A DNA stretch of 64,000 bases from Candidatus Aminicenantes bacterium (GTDB lineage Bacteria; Acidobacteriota; Aminicenantia; UBA2199), in the NCBI GenBank assembly GCA_018262835.1, contig JADFDP010000005.1, forward strand, positions 276 through 64,275, read 5' to 3'. The notes beneath the pieces were generated by a model, which saw only the letters and a list, made by a program, of their open reading frames with translations, made no database searches and had not been told where the DNA came from. Positions 45,555 to 55,925 of the stretch are shown piece by piece. How positions within the stretch are numbered: position 1 is the stretch's first letter; every line of letters begins with the position of its first letter. The position numbers were made by a program, and so were the translations under genes.

Positions 45555-48224
45555 TTAATTCACCGCCAGCCGGGCATTGATATTGCTCCGGGTGCTCCCC
45601 GCCGTCACCGCGACCGCGTCCGCCGAGGTGAAACTGATCCTGTTGTTGTACCACTCGGAAATGTAATCCAGCCCGTTATTTTTATAATTGATCCTGTAAC
45701 TGCCGGCCGCCAGGCCGGACACGGCGTATTTGCCGGCGGCATCCGTGAATGCAGACCCCCTTACATTTCCGTTCAGGTCATAAACCCTGACTGCAATATT
45801 TTTTATTCCCAGGTTGGACATATCCAGGACCATGCCTGAGATTCTCCCTCCGGCCGCCAGCCGGGCATTGATATTGCTCCGGGTGCTCCCCGCCGTCACC
45901 GCGACCGCGTCCGCCGCCGCCAAGCTGCTCTTGTTGTTGTACCATTCCGAAATATAATTCAGGCCATGGTGATCAAAATCAATCTTGTAACTGCCGGCCG
46001 CCAGGCCGGGAACGGCGTATTTGCCGGCGGCATCCGTGAATGCAGACCCCCTTGCATTTCCGTTCAGGTCATAAACCCTGACTGCAATATTTTTTATTCC
46101 CACGTTGGACATATCCAGGACCATGCCTGAGATTTTCCCCCCGGCCGCCAGCCGGGAATTGATATTGCTCCGGGTGCTCCCCACCGTCACCGCGACCGCA
46201 TCCGCCGATGCAAAACTGCCCCGGTTGTTGTACCACTCCGGAATATAATTCAGGCCGTTATTTTCCAAACTGATCTTGTAGCTGCCGGTTGGCAGGCCGG
46301 ACACGGTGTAAGCGCCAGCGGCATCCGTGAAGGCTGATCCCCGCAGGTTTCCGGTCAGATCATACGCTTTAGCTTCAATATTTTCAATCCCTACGTTGGC
46401 CATGTCGAGGACCCGGCCGGAGATACGTCCCCCGACAAATAACGCCGTATAATCCTGCCCTGTCCGATCCATCATGACATTGGCATAATCCATGAGTGAA
46501 GGGGTGAAATCATAGCCCGTCAATGTGGGCGTGACCGTTCCCGACCAGCCTAAAATGACTGTTCCAGTGTATTTGCCTGAGGCATCAGTAGCAGGGTCGC
46601 CAGGCAGGCCTTTCATGATTACCCCAGGCAGCGGTGTATCTCCGGATGTGATCGTTCCGGAAATCGAGGCGTAGTAAGGGCCCCCCTTAACCAATTCGAT
46701 GCCGTTGCCGATGCCGAGATCCCGCGAATACTGCCTGTCCGCGGCATTGTTCCAATGCTCGTGGACACCAAGATTTTGCAGGGCGGTGCCGTCTCCCTCC
46801 GGATCGTAAACCGACCCCGAAGGCGGATTGCCGGCTTGGGCTGCCTCATGCAGGTAATTGCAGCTGTTGACGGTCAAGCTGGGAACCTGCATGGTGGGCT
46901 CATTCCGCAGAAAATCCAGGGCAACGGAATCGAGGGCCACTGGGTCCAGGGATACCAGCAAGCTGGAAAAATAATCATTGTTGACGGTCTGCCAGCGGGT
47001 AATGGTCTTGGACCCCTGGTGAATCGCCGTATACAGACCGTCCATCAGGTAGAGAACGGTCTTTCCGCCCAATTGTTCGTGGCCAATCAAGACCGGATGG
47101 CAGTGTGGATCGCCCATCTCGCTTTTGCCAACGGTGAAGCCGTGTAACAGATTGGGTTTGAATTCAGTTCCGTTGAAGACCGAACCAAAGTGGTTTTTCG
47201 CGGCCAGGGTAACCCCGAAGCCCGTATGCGTCCGGATCAGGGACAGGTTGATGATGTATCCGGCCTCGGTGTAGCAGGTCGGCGGATAGTGATCGGGGAT
47301 AGCGGCGGCAGTTGGATCGGCTTTGATGAATTGGATGGGATGGCTGTAGTCTGGGGTGGCCGCCACTCGGCCGTTCTTGCTCAAACTGGGTTTGACCACG
47401 AAATGCACGGCCTGGAAATGGGCGTTGGGATTGCTGCGAATTTTATTGTAGATTGGATCCCCGATGTAGCGCGAGGAATCGGCGATGGTGATATCATCGC
47501 CAGCTACGCCGACCGTGTTAATCAGCTGGTTGACCAGGGCGTAGAGCAGGTGGGGGCTCTGATATCCGCCATTGTCCCAGGCCCGGCCGGAATCCTGGTT
47601 GCAGTTGATCTTAATGACAATCTTTTCCCCGGCCTGGTAATCGTAATCGCCCAGCCCTCTGGACGTGTTGAAGAAGCGGAACAAGGCATTCCAGGCGGCA
47701 GCGCTGGTCGACTTGCCGGTGATTAATTGCAGGGAGTGGGAGAGCATGCTGTTGACCACGAGCCGGTCGGTATTGGCATCGCTCCACCAGAAGCCGCTGG
47801 CACCATCCCAATTGGTGGCATGGGTGTCATGCACCCAGACTACCCGGCCCGGATAAATTCCTCTGGCTGTGCCGACCGGTTGGTTGGAGGCATCGACCGG
47901 CGTAAAGCCCTGAGCTGCGACATCCGCTGGCGCCTGAGGCACCAGGAATGGCAACATCACCGCCATCAAGACAATACTCGACAAAGCAATGATCGGCATC
48001 CGATAGCGGATGGTCTGCCTGTTTCGCCGGCGTAAAAACGCGGCGGGTGCCAGCATGGCCAGAAGATAGGTGAGAAAACCGCCGCCAAGTCCGGCAGCCA
48101 CCCGCTGGCATGGGTAAGCGGCCCGGGCGGGCTTGGGGATGACACGGATGAGGAACCAAAAAATAGCCAGGATGCCTACCGCCGGTAAAAGAAGCGGCGA
48201 CACCGCATGTGAAATTTTTTGCAT
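45555..48224 (-). CDS. DUF362 domain protein with C-terminal carboxypeptidase-regulatory-like (Cna-B-like) repeats
   Basis: WFLIRVIPKP..A.YPCQR, PGRVVW, IKIN.N, KNHFG, DPVA.DSV, GVHEHWNN; start 48224 or 48269. Confidence 0.8.
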   Translation of the reverse strand: MQKISHAVSPLLLPAVGILAIFWFLIRVIPKPARAAYPCQRVAAGLGGGFLTYLLAMLAPAAFLRRRNRQTIRYRMPIIALSSIVLMAVMLPFLVPQAPADVAAQGFTPVDASNQPVGTARGIYPGRVVWVHDTHATNWDGASGFWWSDANTDRLVVNSMLSHSLQLITGKSTSAAAWNALFRFFNTSRGLGDYDYQAGEKIVIKINCNQDSGRAWDNGGYQSPHLLYALVNQLINTVGVAGDDITIADSSRYIGDPIYNKIRSNPNAHFQAVHFVVKPSLSKNGRVAATPDYSHPIQFIKADPTAAAIPDHYPPTCYTEAGYIINLSLIRTHTGFGVTLAAKNHFGSVFNGTEFKPNLLHGFTVGKSEMGDPHCHPVLIGHEQLGGKTVLYLMDGLYTAIHQGSKTITRWQTVNNDYFSSLLVSLDPVALDSVALDFLRNEPTMQVPSLTVNSCNYLHEAAQAGNPPSGSVYDPEGDGTALQNLGVHEHWNNAADRQYSRDLGIGNGIELVKGGPYYASISGTITSGDTPLPGVIMKGLPGDPATDASGKYTGTVILGWSGTVTPTLTGYDFTPSLMDYANVMMDRTGQDYTALFVGGRISGRVLDMANVGIENIEAKAYDLTGNLRGSAFTDAAGAYTVSGLPTGSYKISLENNGLNYIPEWYNNRGSFASADAVAVTVGSTRSNINSRLAAGGKISGMVLDMSNVGIKNIAVRVYDLNGNARGSAFTDAAGKYAVPGLAAGSYKIDFDHHGLNYISEWYNNKSSLAAADAVAVTAGSTRSNINARLAAGGRISGMVLDMSNLGIKNIAVRVYDLNGNVRGSAFTDAAGKYAVSGLAAGSYRINYKNNGLDYISEWYNNRISFTSADAVAVTAGSTRSNINARLAVN
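45563..46435 (-). repeat. Three intragenic 291-bp tandem repeats (97 aa)
   Basis: CCGCCAGCCGGG...TGATATTGCTCCGGGTGCTCCCC recurs at 45563, 45854, 46145. Confidence 0.92.
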
Positions 48225-48451
48225 AGTTTCTTTAGTCACTTTTTCATTCCTTGCCTTAACGATAACCATACAGGTTATATATATAGTATAAATATCTTTT
48301 TTTTTCTACACATTTTTGGATTATGAAAAGAAAAAGCCGAAAAATTCCGCATTATCAGCGTTCCCGACGTGACGCGAACGCCCAGCCTGCCAAGCAGGAT
48401 TCAGCAGCTCTATTCTTTTCAGTTTTGGCTGCCTGTTGGATACTCTGACGT

Positions 48452-49543
48452 CTAGATTTTACCGAGCCATGCCGATATCCACGAAGCGATCGTACGAGCC
48501 GATGCAGCCAGCATGCCCGGGATGCGCTCGTAGTTGAAGAAGATCCAGACGGCCAGGGCCAGGACCAGGAGCAGGTTCAGCAGGAAGCGGCGCAGGGGGC
48601 GCCTGGCACGGCGCCTGACCCTGGGTTTGGACGTGGCCCTGGCGATGGGGGAGCCGGCGCCGCTCAGGCGCGTCTTTTCCCGGTCCGCGGCGGTGGAAAT
48701 GCCGCCGAACTCGGGCTTGTCGGCCTTGGGCAGCTTGAACGGCTTGAACAGCGGCTTGACCAGCTCCTGCCACTCCTTTTCCGTGCCCGGACGCCGGGAA
48801 CGCTCCTTGGCCATCATGCGGTCGATCAGGGGCTGGTAGGCGGCCAGCTCCCCGGGCAGGGGCGGGATGGGCTCGGTCACGTGCTTCATGATGACCGTCA
48901 TGGTCTGGCTGCCTCTGAAGGGCGGCGCGCCGCTCAGCATCTCATAGAGGACCACGCCCAGGCTGTAGATGTCGCTGCGGCCGTCGGCGCGCTTGGCGTT
49001 CAGCTGCTCCGGGCTCATGTAGCGCGGTGTGCCCATGCTCATGCCCGAGCGCGTGAGCTGGGTGGTGGATTCGAGCACGCGGGCGATGCCGAAATCCAGG
49101 ACCACCGGCGTGCCGTCGCGGCGGAACATGATGTTGTCGGGCTTGACGTCGCGATGGATGAAGCCCTTGCCGTGGGCGTAGAACAGGGCGGCGGCAACCT
49201 GGTTGGCGATGGTCAAGGCCTCGTCCGGGTTGATCCTCTTACGCGTCTGGATGCGCTGCTTGAGGCTTTCGGGAAAGTATTCCATGGCCATGAAGCGGAG
49301 GGCATCGGTGCGCCCCGCGGCATAAATGCGCACGATGTTGGGATGGTGCAGGCTGGAGAGGGTCTGCGCTTCCTTGATGAAGCGCTTGACCGCCACGGTT
49401 TCGGAGAAACGCCGGCGGGTCATGACTTTCACTGCCGCCAGCCGTGAATGCTTCAGGTCCACGGCCAGGAACACGTCGGCGGCGGCGCCGCTGCCCAGGA
49501 ATTTTTTCAGCGCATAGCCGGGAATTTCGGGGAATGCGGTCAT
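48452..49543 (-). CDS. Hanks-type Ser/Thr protein kinase with C-terminal TM
   Basis: LGSG, AVK, HRDVKPDN, DFG, GTPRYMSPEQ, SDIYSLG. Confidence 0.93.
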   Translation of the reverse strand: MTAFPEIPGYALKKFLGSGAAADVFLAVDLKHSRLAAVKVMTRRRFSETVAVKRFIKEAQTLSSLHHPNIVRIYAAGRTDALRFMAMEYFPESLKQRIQTRKRINPDEALTIANQVAAALFYAHGKGFIHRDVKPDNIMFRRDGTPVVLDFGIARVLESTTQLTRSGMSMGTPRYMSPEQLNAKRADGRSDIYSLGVVLYEMLSGAPPFRGSQTMTVIMKHVTEPIPPLPGELAAYQPLIDRMMAKERSRRPGTEKEWQELVKPLFKPFKLPKADKPEFGGISTAADREKTRLSGAGSPIARATSKPRVRRRARRPLRRFLLNLLLVLALAVWIFFNYERIPGMLAASARTIASWISAWLGKI

Positions 49544-49546
49544 TCT

Positions 49547-50563
49547 TTATGAAGCGGGTGCGGTTTCGTCTTTTTGATAAAGCCCCAGCCGCAATGACAG
49601 CTTCATGCCGCCCCAAATGGTGAGAAAGGTTCCCAGGCCGGTTGTCAGGAACCTCCCCCAGGCGGAGCCGGCGGCAGCCGGGATCCCAGCCAGCGCCTGC
49701 GCCAGCGCCAGGCCGAGCACCATGAACAGCAGCCCGGAGATTGCGACCCGGGCCAAGCGCACCCACAAGGAGCCGCGGTCCGACGGCAGCCCCGAGCGCA
49801 GCGCCAGGGTGAAGGCGGCGTTCAGGCCGACGAAGAAGCCGGCGAACATGGCGTTGAAAATCGAAAAGAGGACCAGCAGCACCGGCAGGACGAACAGGAA
49901 GAAATAATAGAGGACTCCGGGCAGGGTGGTGCCCAGGCGGGTGCGGCCGGCGGCGAAGAAGCGTTCTTGCCCCCCATCATTGCCGATGAGCTTCCAGGCG
50001 GCGAACAGGACCAGCCCACCCAGCAGGACGCCGCCCAGGACATCGGCCAGGAAATGGACTCCCAGGTACAGGCGGGTAAAGGCGATCAGCGCCACGAAAA
50101 AAGGGGCCAGCCAGGCCAGCGCCCGCTTGCGGAAGATGACCGCCAGGCCGCCCCACATGGCCACCGCTCCCGAGGCGTGGCCTGAAGGGAAGCCGAACGA
50201 GATGCCCTTCAGCCGGAAGGCGTCGATGACCGCCTGCCGGGGCAGGTCGAAAAAGCTTTCCCCGCCCATGGCGCGGAAGGATGTGGCTGTATCCCAGCCC
50301 GGATCCAGGCAGGCCACGCGGGAATCGGTGAAAAAAGGGCGCGGCAGTCCGAAGAACTGCTTGGCGATCTCGCTGAGCACGGCGGTCCAGGCTATGATCT
50401 GAAACAGGAGGAATCCCTTGCGCAGGCTGATACCGAACAGGACGGCGATGACCATGACGATGATGAACCGGTAGTAGCCGGTGGCGGTGATCTGAAGCAT
50501 CAGCCAGGTCAGCCAGCCTGAAGCCAGCGACTGCAGGGCGATATGGATCCCGGTCTGGAACAT
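49547..50563 (-). CDS. PAP2 family phosphatase
   Basis: K......RP, FPSGH, TRLYLGVHF..D. Confidence 0.9.
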   Translation of the reverse strand: MFQTGIHIALQSLASGWLTWLMLQITATGYYRFIIVMVIAVLFGISLRKGFLLFQIIAWTAVLSEIAKQFFGLPRPFFTDSRVACLDPGWDTATSFRAMGGESFFDLPRQAVIDAFRLKGISFGFPSGHASGAVAMWGGLAVIFRKRALAWLAPFFVALIAFTRLYLGVHFLADVLGGVLLGGLVLFAAWKLIGNDGGQERFFAAGRTRLGTTLPGVLYYFFLFVLPVLLVLFSIFNAMFAGFFVGLNAAFTLALRSGLPSDRGSLWVRLARVAISGLLFMVLGLALAQALAGIPAAAGSAWGRFLTTGLGTFLTIWGGMKLSLRLGLYQKDETAPAS

Positions 50564-50684
50564 CGAGTCACCTCTGTCCAGGGATTTTCAATCGAAGCCC
50601 CATTGTCCGCCAAAGGCGGCCGTGCTGTCAACTTTTTTTAAAGTCATGGCGCGGCGGGCCCTTAAAGTGAAGGCTTGGCGCGGG

Positions 50685-51053
50685 TCAATGGTGGCAGCCG
50701 TGGCCGCCGCAGGCGTTGTCGAAGGTGAGCTCGGGCAGCTCGCCGGCCGCGAACTTGTCGACCGCTTCCTGCACCGTGTCGCCGTCCAGCAGGTAGACCT
50801 TGATGCCGCCTTCGTTCAGCAGCTGCACGGCGCGCCGGCCCATGCCGCTGGTCAGGACCGCGTTGACGCCGAACCCAGAGATCATGCCCAGGGGCTGGCA
50901 GGCGCCGTGGGCGTGGTGGGAATGGTCATTTTCCAGGACCTGCACGCCCTGGCTCTCCGTGTCGTAAATGGTGAAGCAGGGGGCGCTGCCGAAATGGTCG
51001 TGCACTTTTTCCGTCAAACCGTTTTTCCCGGTCGTGGGCAAACATATTTTCAT
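50685..51053 (-). CDS. NifB/NifX-family Fe-Mo cofactor-binding domain protein
   Basis: HFGSAP.F, HHAHGACQP, GMG.RA, CGGHGCHH. Confidence 0.88.
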   Translation of the reverse strand: MKICLPTTGKNGLTEKVHDHFGSAPCFTIYDTESQGVQVLENDHSHHAHGACQPLGMISGFGVNAVLTSGMGRRAVQLLNEGGIKVYLLDGDTVQEAVDKFAAGELPELTFDNACGGHGCHH

Positions 51054-51068
51054 TTTGTACTCCTTTTA

Positions 51069-51347
51069 TTATTGCTTGTGGATCCGGATGGCGTGGTCAT
51101 GGAGCAACGCGTCGATGATCTTGAACCTTCCCGCTTCCAGGAGCCGCTGCACGGTCCCCCGGGAGATCTTCATCCTTTCCGCCGCGGCGATCTGGCTTAT
51201 GCCGTCATGGTCGCACAAGCGCGCGGCTTCGAACTCATCGAGGAAGATCTCCGCCATTTTAAGTTCAGCGAGAGGCGTCGAACGCGGCTTGAATATTTTA
51301 TCCCCGTCCAGCATGCGGCAGCAGCGGTGTTTTTTACAACGCGGCAT
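51069..51347 (-). CDS. DUF134 (UPF0251) HTH protein
   Basis: MPR.KK.R, FKP, DE.EA.RL.D..G..Q..AA..M.ISR.T. Confidence 0.9.
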   Translation of the reverse strand: MPRCKKHRCCRMLDGDKIFKPRSTPLAELKMAEIFLDEFEAARLCDHDGISQIAAAERMKISRGTVQRLLEAGRFKIIDALLHDHAIRIHKQ

Positions 51348-51362
51348 CTATTTTCTCCAATC

Positions 51363-51375
51363 GTGCATATGCACA
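51363..51375. promoter_or_regulatory. Perfect palindrome GTGCATATGCAC, probable DUF134 operator
   Basis: Lies about 16 bp upstream of the DUF134 start. Confidence 0.55.
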
Positions 51376-51545
51376 TAATAAGCGCAGCCGCCCGGTTTGT
51401 CAACATGATTCCGAATATTTTTTCAGAATGCGCGGGCGGGCGCATTTCAGTCAATAGCTGGCATCTTGGGTTCACCTCTCGGCCGCCGCTGATTTCTGCG
51501 CGGTTTCCGGATGGAAAAGGCATGTAAAAGCGGCCGGCTGGTGAT

Positions 51546-51574
51546 TTGACAGCCCCATGTTAATGTGTTAACAT
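51546..51574 (+). promoter_or_regulatory. nifJ promoter (TTGACA-17-TAACAT) overlapped by a Rex-like box
   Basis: ATGTTAA-TGTG-TTAACAT 51557-51574 resembles the Rex consensus TTGTKAA-N4-TTMACAA. Confidence 0.65.
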
Positions 51575-51673
51575 TTTTTTTAATTAATTCCGGAAAAGCC
51601 ACAGGAAATTCCAGCTCCGGTTTCAGCGGCTTCCTGTTTTCCTGCCCTTTTCCCCAAAAAGGAGAGCACCATC

Positions 51674-54600
51674 ATGAGCGACAAGAAAGCGACCATCGAC
51701 GGCAATACCGCCGCGGCCCACGTGGCCTACGCCTATAGCGACATCGCCGCCATTTACCCGATCACCCCTTCCTCGGTAATGGGGGAGCTCGCCGATTCCT
51801 GGGCGGCGGACGGCCGGAAAAACATTTTCGGCCAGGAAGTGGAGGTCATTGAACTCCAGTCCGAAGGCGGCGCTTCCGGGGCCGTGCACGGGGCGCTTTC
51901 GGCCGGGTCCATGACCACGACCTTCACCGCTTCGCAGGGGCTGCTCCTGATGATTCCCAACATGCACAAGATCGCCGGCGAGATGCTGCCCACAGTGTTC
52001 CACGTCTCGGCCCGTTCGCTGGCCTGCCAGGCATTGTCCATTTTCGGCGATCATTCCGACGTCATGTCGGTGCGCAACACCGGCTTCGCGCTGGTGGCCG
52101 CCGCCTCGGTCCAGGAGATCATGGACCTGGCCGTGGTTTCGCACCTGGCCACGCTGGAATCGTGGGTCCCCTTCCTGAATTTCTTCGACGGCTTCCGCAC
52201 CTCGCATGAGATCCAGAAAGTGGACATGATCGACTATGAGACTATGGCCGGGCTCCTGGACATGAAACTGGTGGAGGATTTCCGCAGCCGGGCCCTGACC
52301 CCGGACCGCCCGGTGCTCAAGGTCGGCCAGCAGACTCCCGACGTCTATTTCCAGGGCCGGGAGACCGTGAACCTCTATTATGACAAGGTCCCGGGTATCG
52401 TACAGAAATACATGGACATCGTGGCCGCGAAGACCGGTCGCCAGTACAAGCTATTCGACTATGTGGGTCATCCCCAGGCGGAAAAGATCATCATCGCCAT
52501 GGGTTCGGCCTGCGAGACCATCGAGGAGACCGTGGAGTATCTGAATAAAAAAGGCGCAAAATTGGGGTTGATCAAGGTCCGTCTCTACCGGCCCTTCTCC
52601 CTGGAAGCGCTGGTAAACGCCCTGCCCAAGTCGGTAAAAAAGATCGCCGTCCTGGACCGCACCAAGGAACCGGGCGCCCTGGGCGAGCCCCTGTACATGG
52701 ACGTGGCCACCGCCCTGGCCAACAAGGGCCTGACGATCATCGGTGGCCGCTACGGCCTCAGCTCCAAGGAGTTCACCCCGGCCATGGTCAAGGCGGTTTA
52801 TGACCACCTGGACGGCGCCTGCTTCCACGACTTTACCGTGGGCATCAACGACGATGTCTCCAAGCGCTCGCTGCCGGCAACCGCGGATTTGTCCATAGAG
52901 AAAGCCGACACCATCAGCTGCATCTTCTGGGGCCTGGGCTCGGACGGCACGGTCGGCGCCAACAAGAATTCGATCAAGATCATCGGCGACCACACCGACA
53001 TGTACGCCCAGGGGTATTTTTCCTATGATTCCAAGAAATCGGGCGGCATCACCATCTCTTATCTGCGTTTCGGCAAGAGCCCCATTCGCGCCCCCTACCT
53101 GTCCACCTCGGCCGATTTCATCGCCCTGCACAACCCGGCCTACATCGGGCGCTACGATGTGCTCATGGGGATCAAGGAGGGCGGCACCTTCCTGCTCAAC
53201 TCCGAGTGGAGCAACGACGAGGTGTTCGACCACCTGACCCGCGACATGCAGGAGACGATCATCACCCGCAAGGTCAAGTTCTACAATATCAATGCCCTGA
53301 AAATATCCGACGAGGTCGGGCTGGGCAAGCGCATCAACTCGGTCATGCAGGCCGCGTTCTTCAAGATCTCGCGCATCCTTCCCGCCGACGAGGCCATCGA
53401 ACTGATCAAGAAGGCCATCAAGAAAAGCTTTGAAAAAAAAGGCGAGAACATCGTCAAGATGAACTGGGAGGCGGTGGACCGCACCAGCGCCGCCCTGCAG
53501 CAGATCCAGGTGCCGGCCGACGTGAAGCAGATTAAGAAGTCGGCCCCGGTGCCCAAGCTGATCCCCGACGATGCTTCCGAATTCGCCCGTACTGTCATCG
53601 ACAAGCTCATGCACCTGAAGGGAGACAGCGTCCCTGTCTCGCAGATGCCCCTGGACGGCAAGGCGCCCACCGCCACCGCCCGGCTGGAGAAGCGCGGCAT
53701 CGCCCCCCAGGTGCCGCACTGGATCAGCGCCAACTGCATCCAGTGCAACCAGTGCTCGCTGGTCTGCCCCCATGCCGCCATTCGCGCCAAGCAGATCGAG
53801 CCGGCGCAGCTCGCCGGCAAGCCGGCGTCGTTCGCGACCGTCAAGTCCGTCACCAAGAACGAGAAGAATCTCGAATACAAAGTTCAGGTCTACATCGAAG
53901 ATTGCACCGGCTGCGGCAACTGCGTCCACGTCTGCCCGGCCAAGACCAAGGCCCTGGAGTTCCACCCCCTCGAGGACGAGCGCCTGGCCGGCGAGGGCGC
54001 CAATGCCCAGTTCTTCGAGGACCTGCCCGACAATATCATGGACGGCACAACGATCGCCCAGTTCAAGGGCGTGCAGTTCCGCAAGCCCCTGTTTGAGTTC
54101 TCGGGCGCCTGCGCCGGCTGCGGCGAGACCCCCTACGTCAAGCTGGCCTCCCAGCTCTTCGGCGAGCGCATGATCATCGCCAATGCCACCGGCTGCTCCT
54201 CGATCTACAGCGGCACTTTCCCCACCACCCCTTATTGCGTGGGCAAGGACGGGCGCGGCCCGGCCTGGGCCAACTCGCTGTTCGAGGACAATGCCGAGTA
54301 CGGTCTGGGCATGCGCCTGGCCGTGGACGCCAACCGCAAGCTGCTTCGTGCGGCCATCGACCGCCTGCTGGCCAGCAGCAGCGACAAGAAGCTGGAAGCG
54401 GCGGTGAAAAAGAGCCTCGAACTCTGGGACAAGAGCGGCGATGAGGCGCAGGCTGCGGCCATGGCCGTAAAGGGCCTGCTGCAGGCGGCCGTCAAGACGG
54501 CTGCACCCGCCAAGCAGGCCGAGCTGCGCAAGGTCATCGAGCTCCAGGACTACCTGGTCGACAAGTCGGTCTGGTGCATTGGCGGTGATGGCTGGGCCTA

Positions 54601-55207
54601 CGATATCGGCTACGGCGGCCTGGACCATGTGCTGGCCACGGGGAAGAATGTCAACGTGCTGGTGCTGGACACCGAGGTATATTCCAACACCGGCGGTCAG
54701 GCTTCCAAGTCCACCATGCTGTCGGCGGTGGCCCAGTTCGCCTCGGCCGGCAAGCGTACCGGCAAGAAGGACCTGGGGCTGATGTTCATGAGCTACGGCT
54801 ACGTCTATGTTGCCTCTGTGGCCCACGGCGCCAACATGAATCAATTGGTCAAGGCTTTCCTGGAGGCCGAAGCGTATCCCGGACCTTCCATCATCATCGC
54901 CTATTCGCCCTGTATCATGCACGGCATCGACATGGGCCTTTCCAGCGCGGAAGCCAAGAAAGCCGTCCAGGCTGGCTACTGGCCGCTCTACCGCTACAAT
55001 CCCGCCCTGAGCGCCGAAGGCAAGAATCCCTTTATCTATGAGAGCCGCGACCCGAACATCGGCCTGCAGGACTTCCTGGCCAAGGAGATCCGCTTCTCCA
55101 CGCTCAAGCTGCAGTTCCCCGATGTCGCCGACCGCCTGTACGAACAGGCCGTGGCCTTCAAAAAGGACAAGCACGAATACTACAAGAAATTGAGCGAATT
55201 GAAATAG
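51674..55207 (+). CDS. nifJ: Pyruvate:ferredoxin (flavodoxin) oxidoreductase
   Basis: YPITPSS, GLGSDGTVGANK, two 4Fe-4S motifs, SGACAGCGE, GGDGWAYDIG. Confidence 0.97.
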   Translation: MSDKKATIDGNTAAAHVAYAYSDIAAIYPITPSSVMGELADSWAADGRKNIFGQEVEVIELQSEGGASGAVHGALSAGSMTTTFTASQGLLLMIPNMHKIAGEMLPTVFHVSARSLACQALSIFGDHSDVMSVRNTGFALVAAASVQEIMDLAVVSHLATLESWVPFLNFFDGFRTSHEIQKVDMIDYETMAGLLDMKLVEDFRSRALTPDRPVLKVGQQTPDVYFQGRETVNLYYDKVPGIVQKYMDIVAAKTGRQYKLFDYVGHPQAEKIIIAMGSACETIEETVEYLNKKGAKLGLIKVRLYRPFSLEALVNALPKSVKKIAVLDRTKEPGALGEPLYMDVATALANKGLTIIGGRYGLSSKEFTPAMVKAVYDHLDGACFHDFTVGINDDVSKRSLPATADLSIEKADTISCIFWGLGSDGTVGANKNSIKIIGDHTDMYAQGYFSYDSKKSGGITISYLRFGKSPIRAPYLSTSADFIALHNPAYIGRYDVLMGIKEGGTFLLNSEWSNDEVFDHLTRDMQETIITRKVKFYNINALKISDEVGLGKRINSVMQAAFFKISRILPADEAIELIKKAIKKSFEKKGENIVKMNWEAVDRTSAALQQIQVPADVKQIKKSAPVPKLIPDDASEFARTVIDKLMHLKGDSVPVSQMPLDGKAPTATARLEKRGIAPQVPHWISANCIQCNQCSLVCPHAAIRAKQIEPAQLAGKPASFATVKSVTKNEKNLEYKVQVYIEDCTGCGNCVHVCPAKTKALEFHPLEDERLAGEGANAQFFEDLPDNIMDGTTIAQFKGVQFRKPLFEFSGACAGCGETPYVKLASQLFGERMIIANATGCSSIYSGTFPTTPYCVGKDGRGPAWANSLFEDNAEYGLGMRLAVDANRKLLRAAIDRLLASSSDKKLEAAVKKSLELWDKSGDEAQAAAMAVKGLLQAAVKTAAPAKQAELRKVIELQDYLVDKSVWCIGGDGWAYDIGYGGLDHVLATGKNVNVLVLDTEVYSNTGGQASKSTMLSAVAQFASAGKRTGKKDLGLMFMSYGYVYVASVAHGANMNQLVKAFLEAEAYPGPSIIIAYSPCIMHGIDMGLSSAEAKKAVQAGYWPLYRYNPALSAEGKNPFIYESRDPNIGLQDFLAKEIRFSTLKLQFPDVADRLYEQAVAFKKDKHEYYKKLSELK

Positions 55208-55236
55208 GGCCGCGCCGAGCGGAGAAGGGGACCGCC

Positions 55237-55857
55237 GTGGCCGTGGAGATTCAGAAGATCGACCTGGACCATCCCCACAGGCGGTTGTTGCAGCATGCTG
55301 TCAGCATCCTGAAAACCGGCGGCCTGATCGCCTATCCCACCGACACCATCTACGGCCTGGGCGCCGACCTGTTCAACAAGGGAGCCATGGAGCGGATCTT
55401 CAAGCTGAAAAAAACCTCCCGCCAGAAGCTGCTTAGCTTCATCTGCCCCGACCTGGCCTCGGTCGCGGACTGGGCCTATGTGCCCACCAGCGCCTTCCGC
55501 GTGTTGCGCCGCGTCACGCCGGGCCCATACACATTCGTCCTGCGCGCCAGCAAGGAGGTACCCAAAATACTTCTGCAGAAGCGGCCCACAGTGGGGGTGC
55601 GCATCCCGGATTCGGCCGTGGCCCTGGGCCTGGTACGCGAACTCGGCCGGCCGTTGCTTTCCACCTCGGTGCCCCAGGGTGCAGACGATTATTATACCGA
55701 TCCCCTGGTGATCGCCGAGACCTTCCGCCATGAAATCGACCTGATCCTGGATGCCGGCATCCTGGCCAACCTGCCTTCGACCATTGTGGATCTCAGCGGG
55801 CCGTCCCCGGAGATCATCCGTCGCGGGGCCGGGGCCAGCGAGCCGTTCGGCCTGTAA
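55237..55857 (+). CDS. YrdC/YciO-family threonylcarbamoyl-AMP synthase-like protein
   Basis: YPTDT.Y, PGPYTF, G.RIP, LLSTS, PSTIVD. Confidence 0.9.
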   Translation: MAVEIQKIDLDHPHRRLLQHAVSILKTGGLIAYPTDTIYGLGADLFNKGAMERIFKLKKTSRQKLLSFICPDLASVADWAYVPTSAFRVLRRVTPGPYTFVLRASKEVPKILLQKRPTVGVRIPDSAVALGLVRELGRPLLSTSVPQGADDYYTDPLVIAETFRHEIDLILDAGILANLPSTIVDLSGPSPEIIRRGAGASEPFGL

Positions 55858-55925
55858 AACCGGCGCCGGCTCCTGATCCGGATTGCATTTCCCTTGCAAC
55901 CGGTATAAAATTGAGCGGGGTAAAT

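Noticed and set aside
45563-46435. DGR template/variable repeat pair
   Set aside because: Repeats are tandem, in-frame protein domains; differences do not appear adenine-specific and no reverse transcriptase is present.
52451-55174. 907-aa minus-strand ORF
   Set aside because: Antisense shadow of nifJ.
50685-55207. Nitrogen fixation cluster (NifX-like protein and nifJ)
   Set aside because: Both families are widespread in non-diazotrophic anaerobes and no nifHDK is present.
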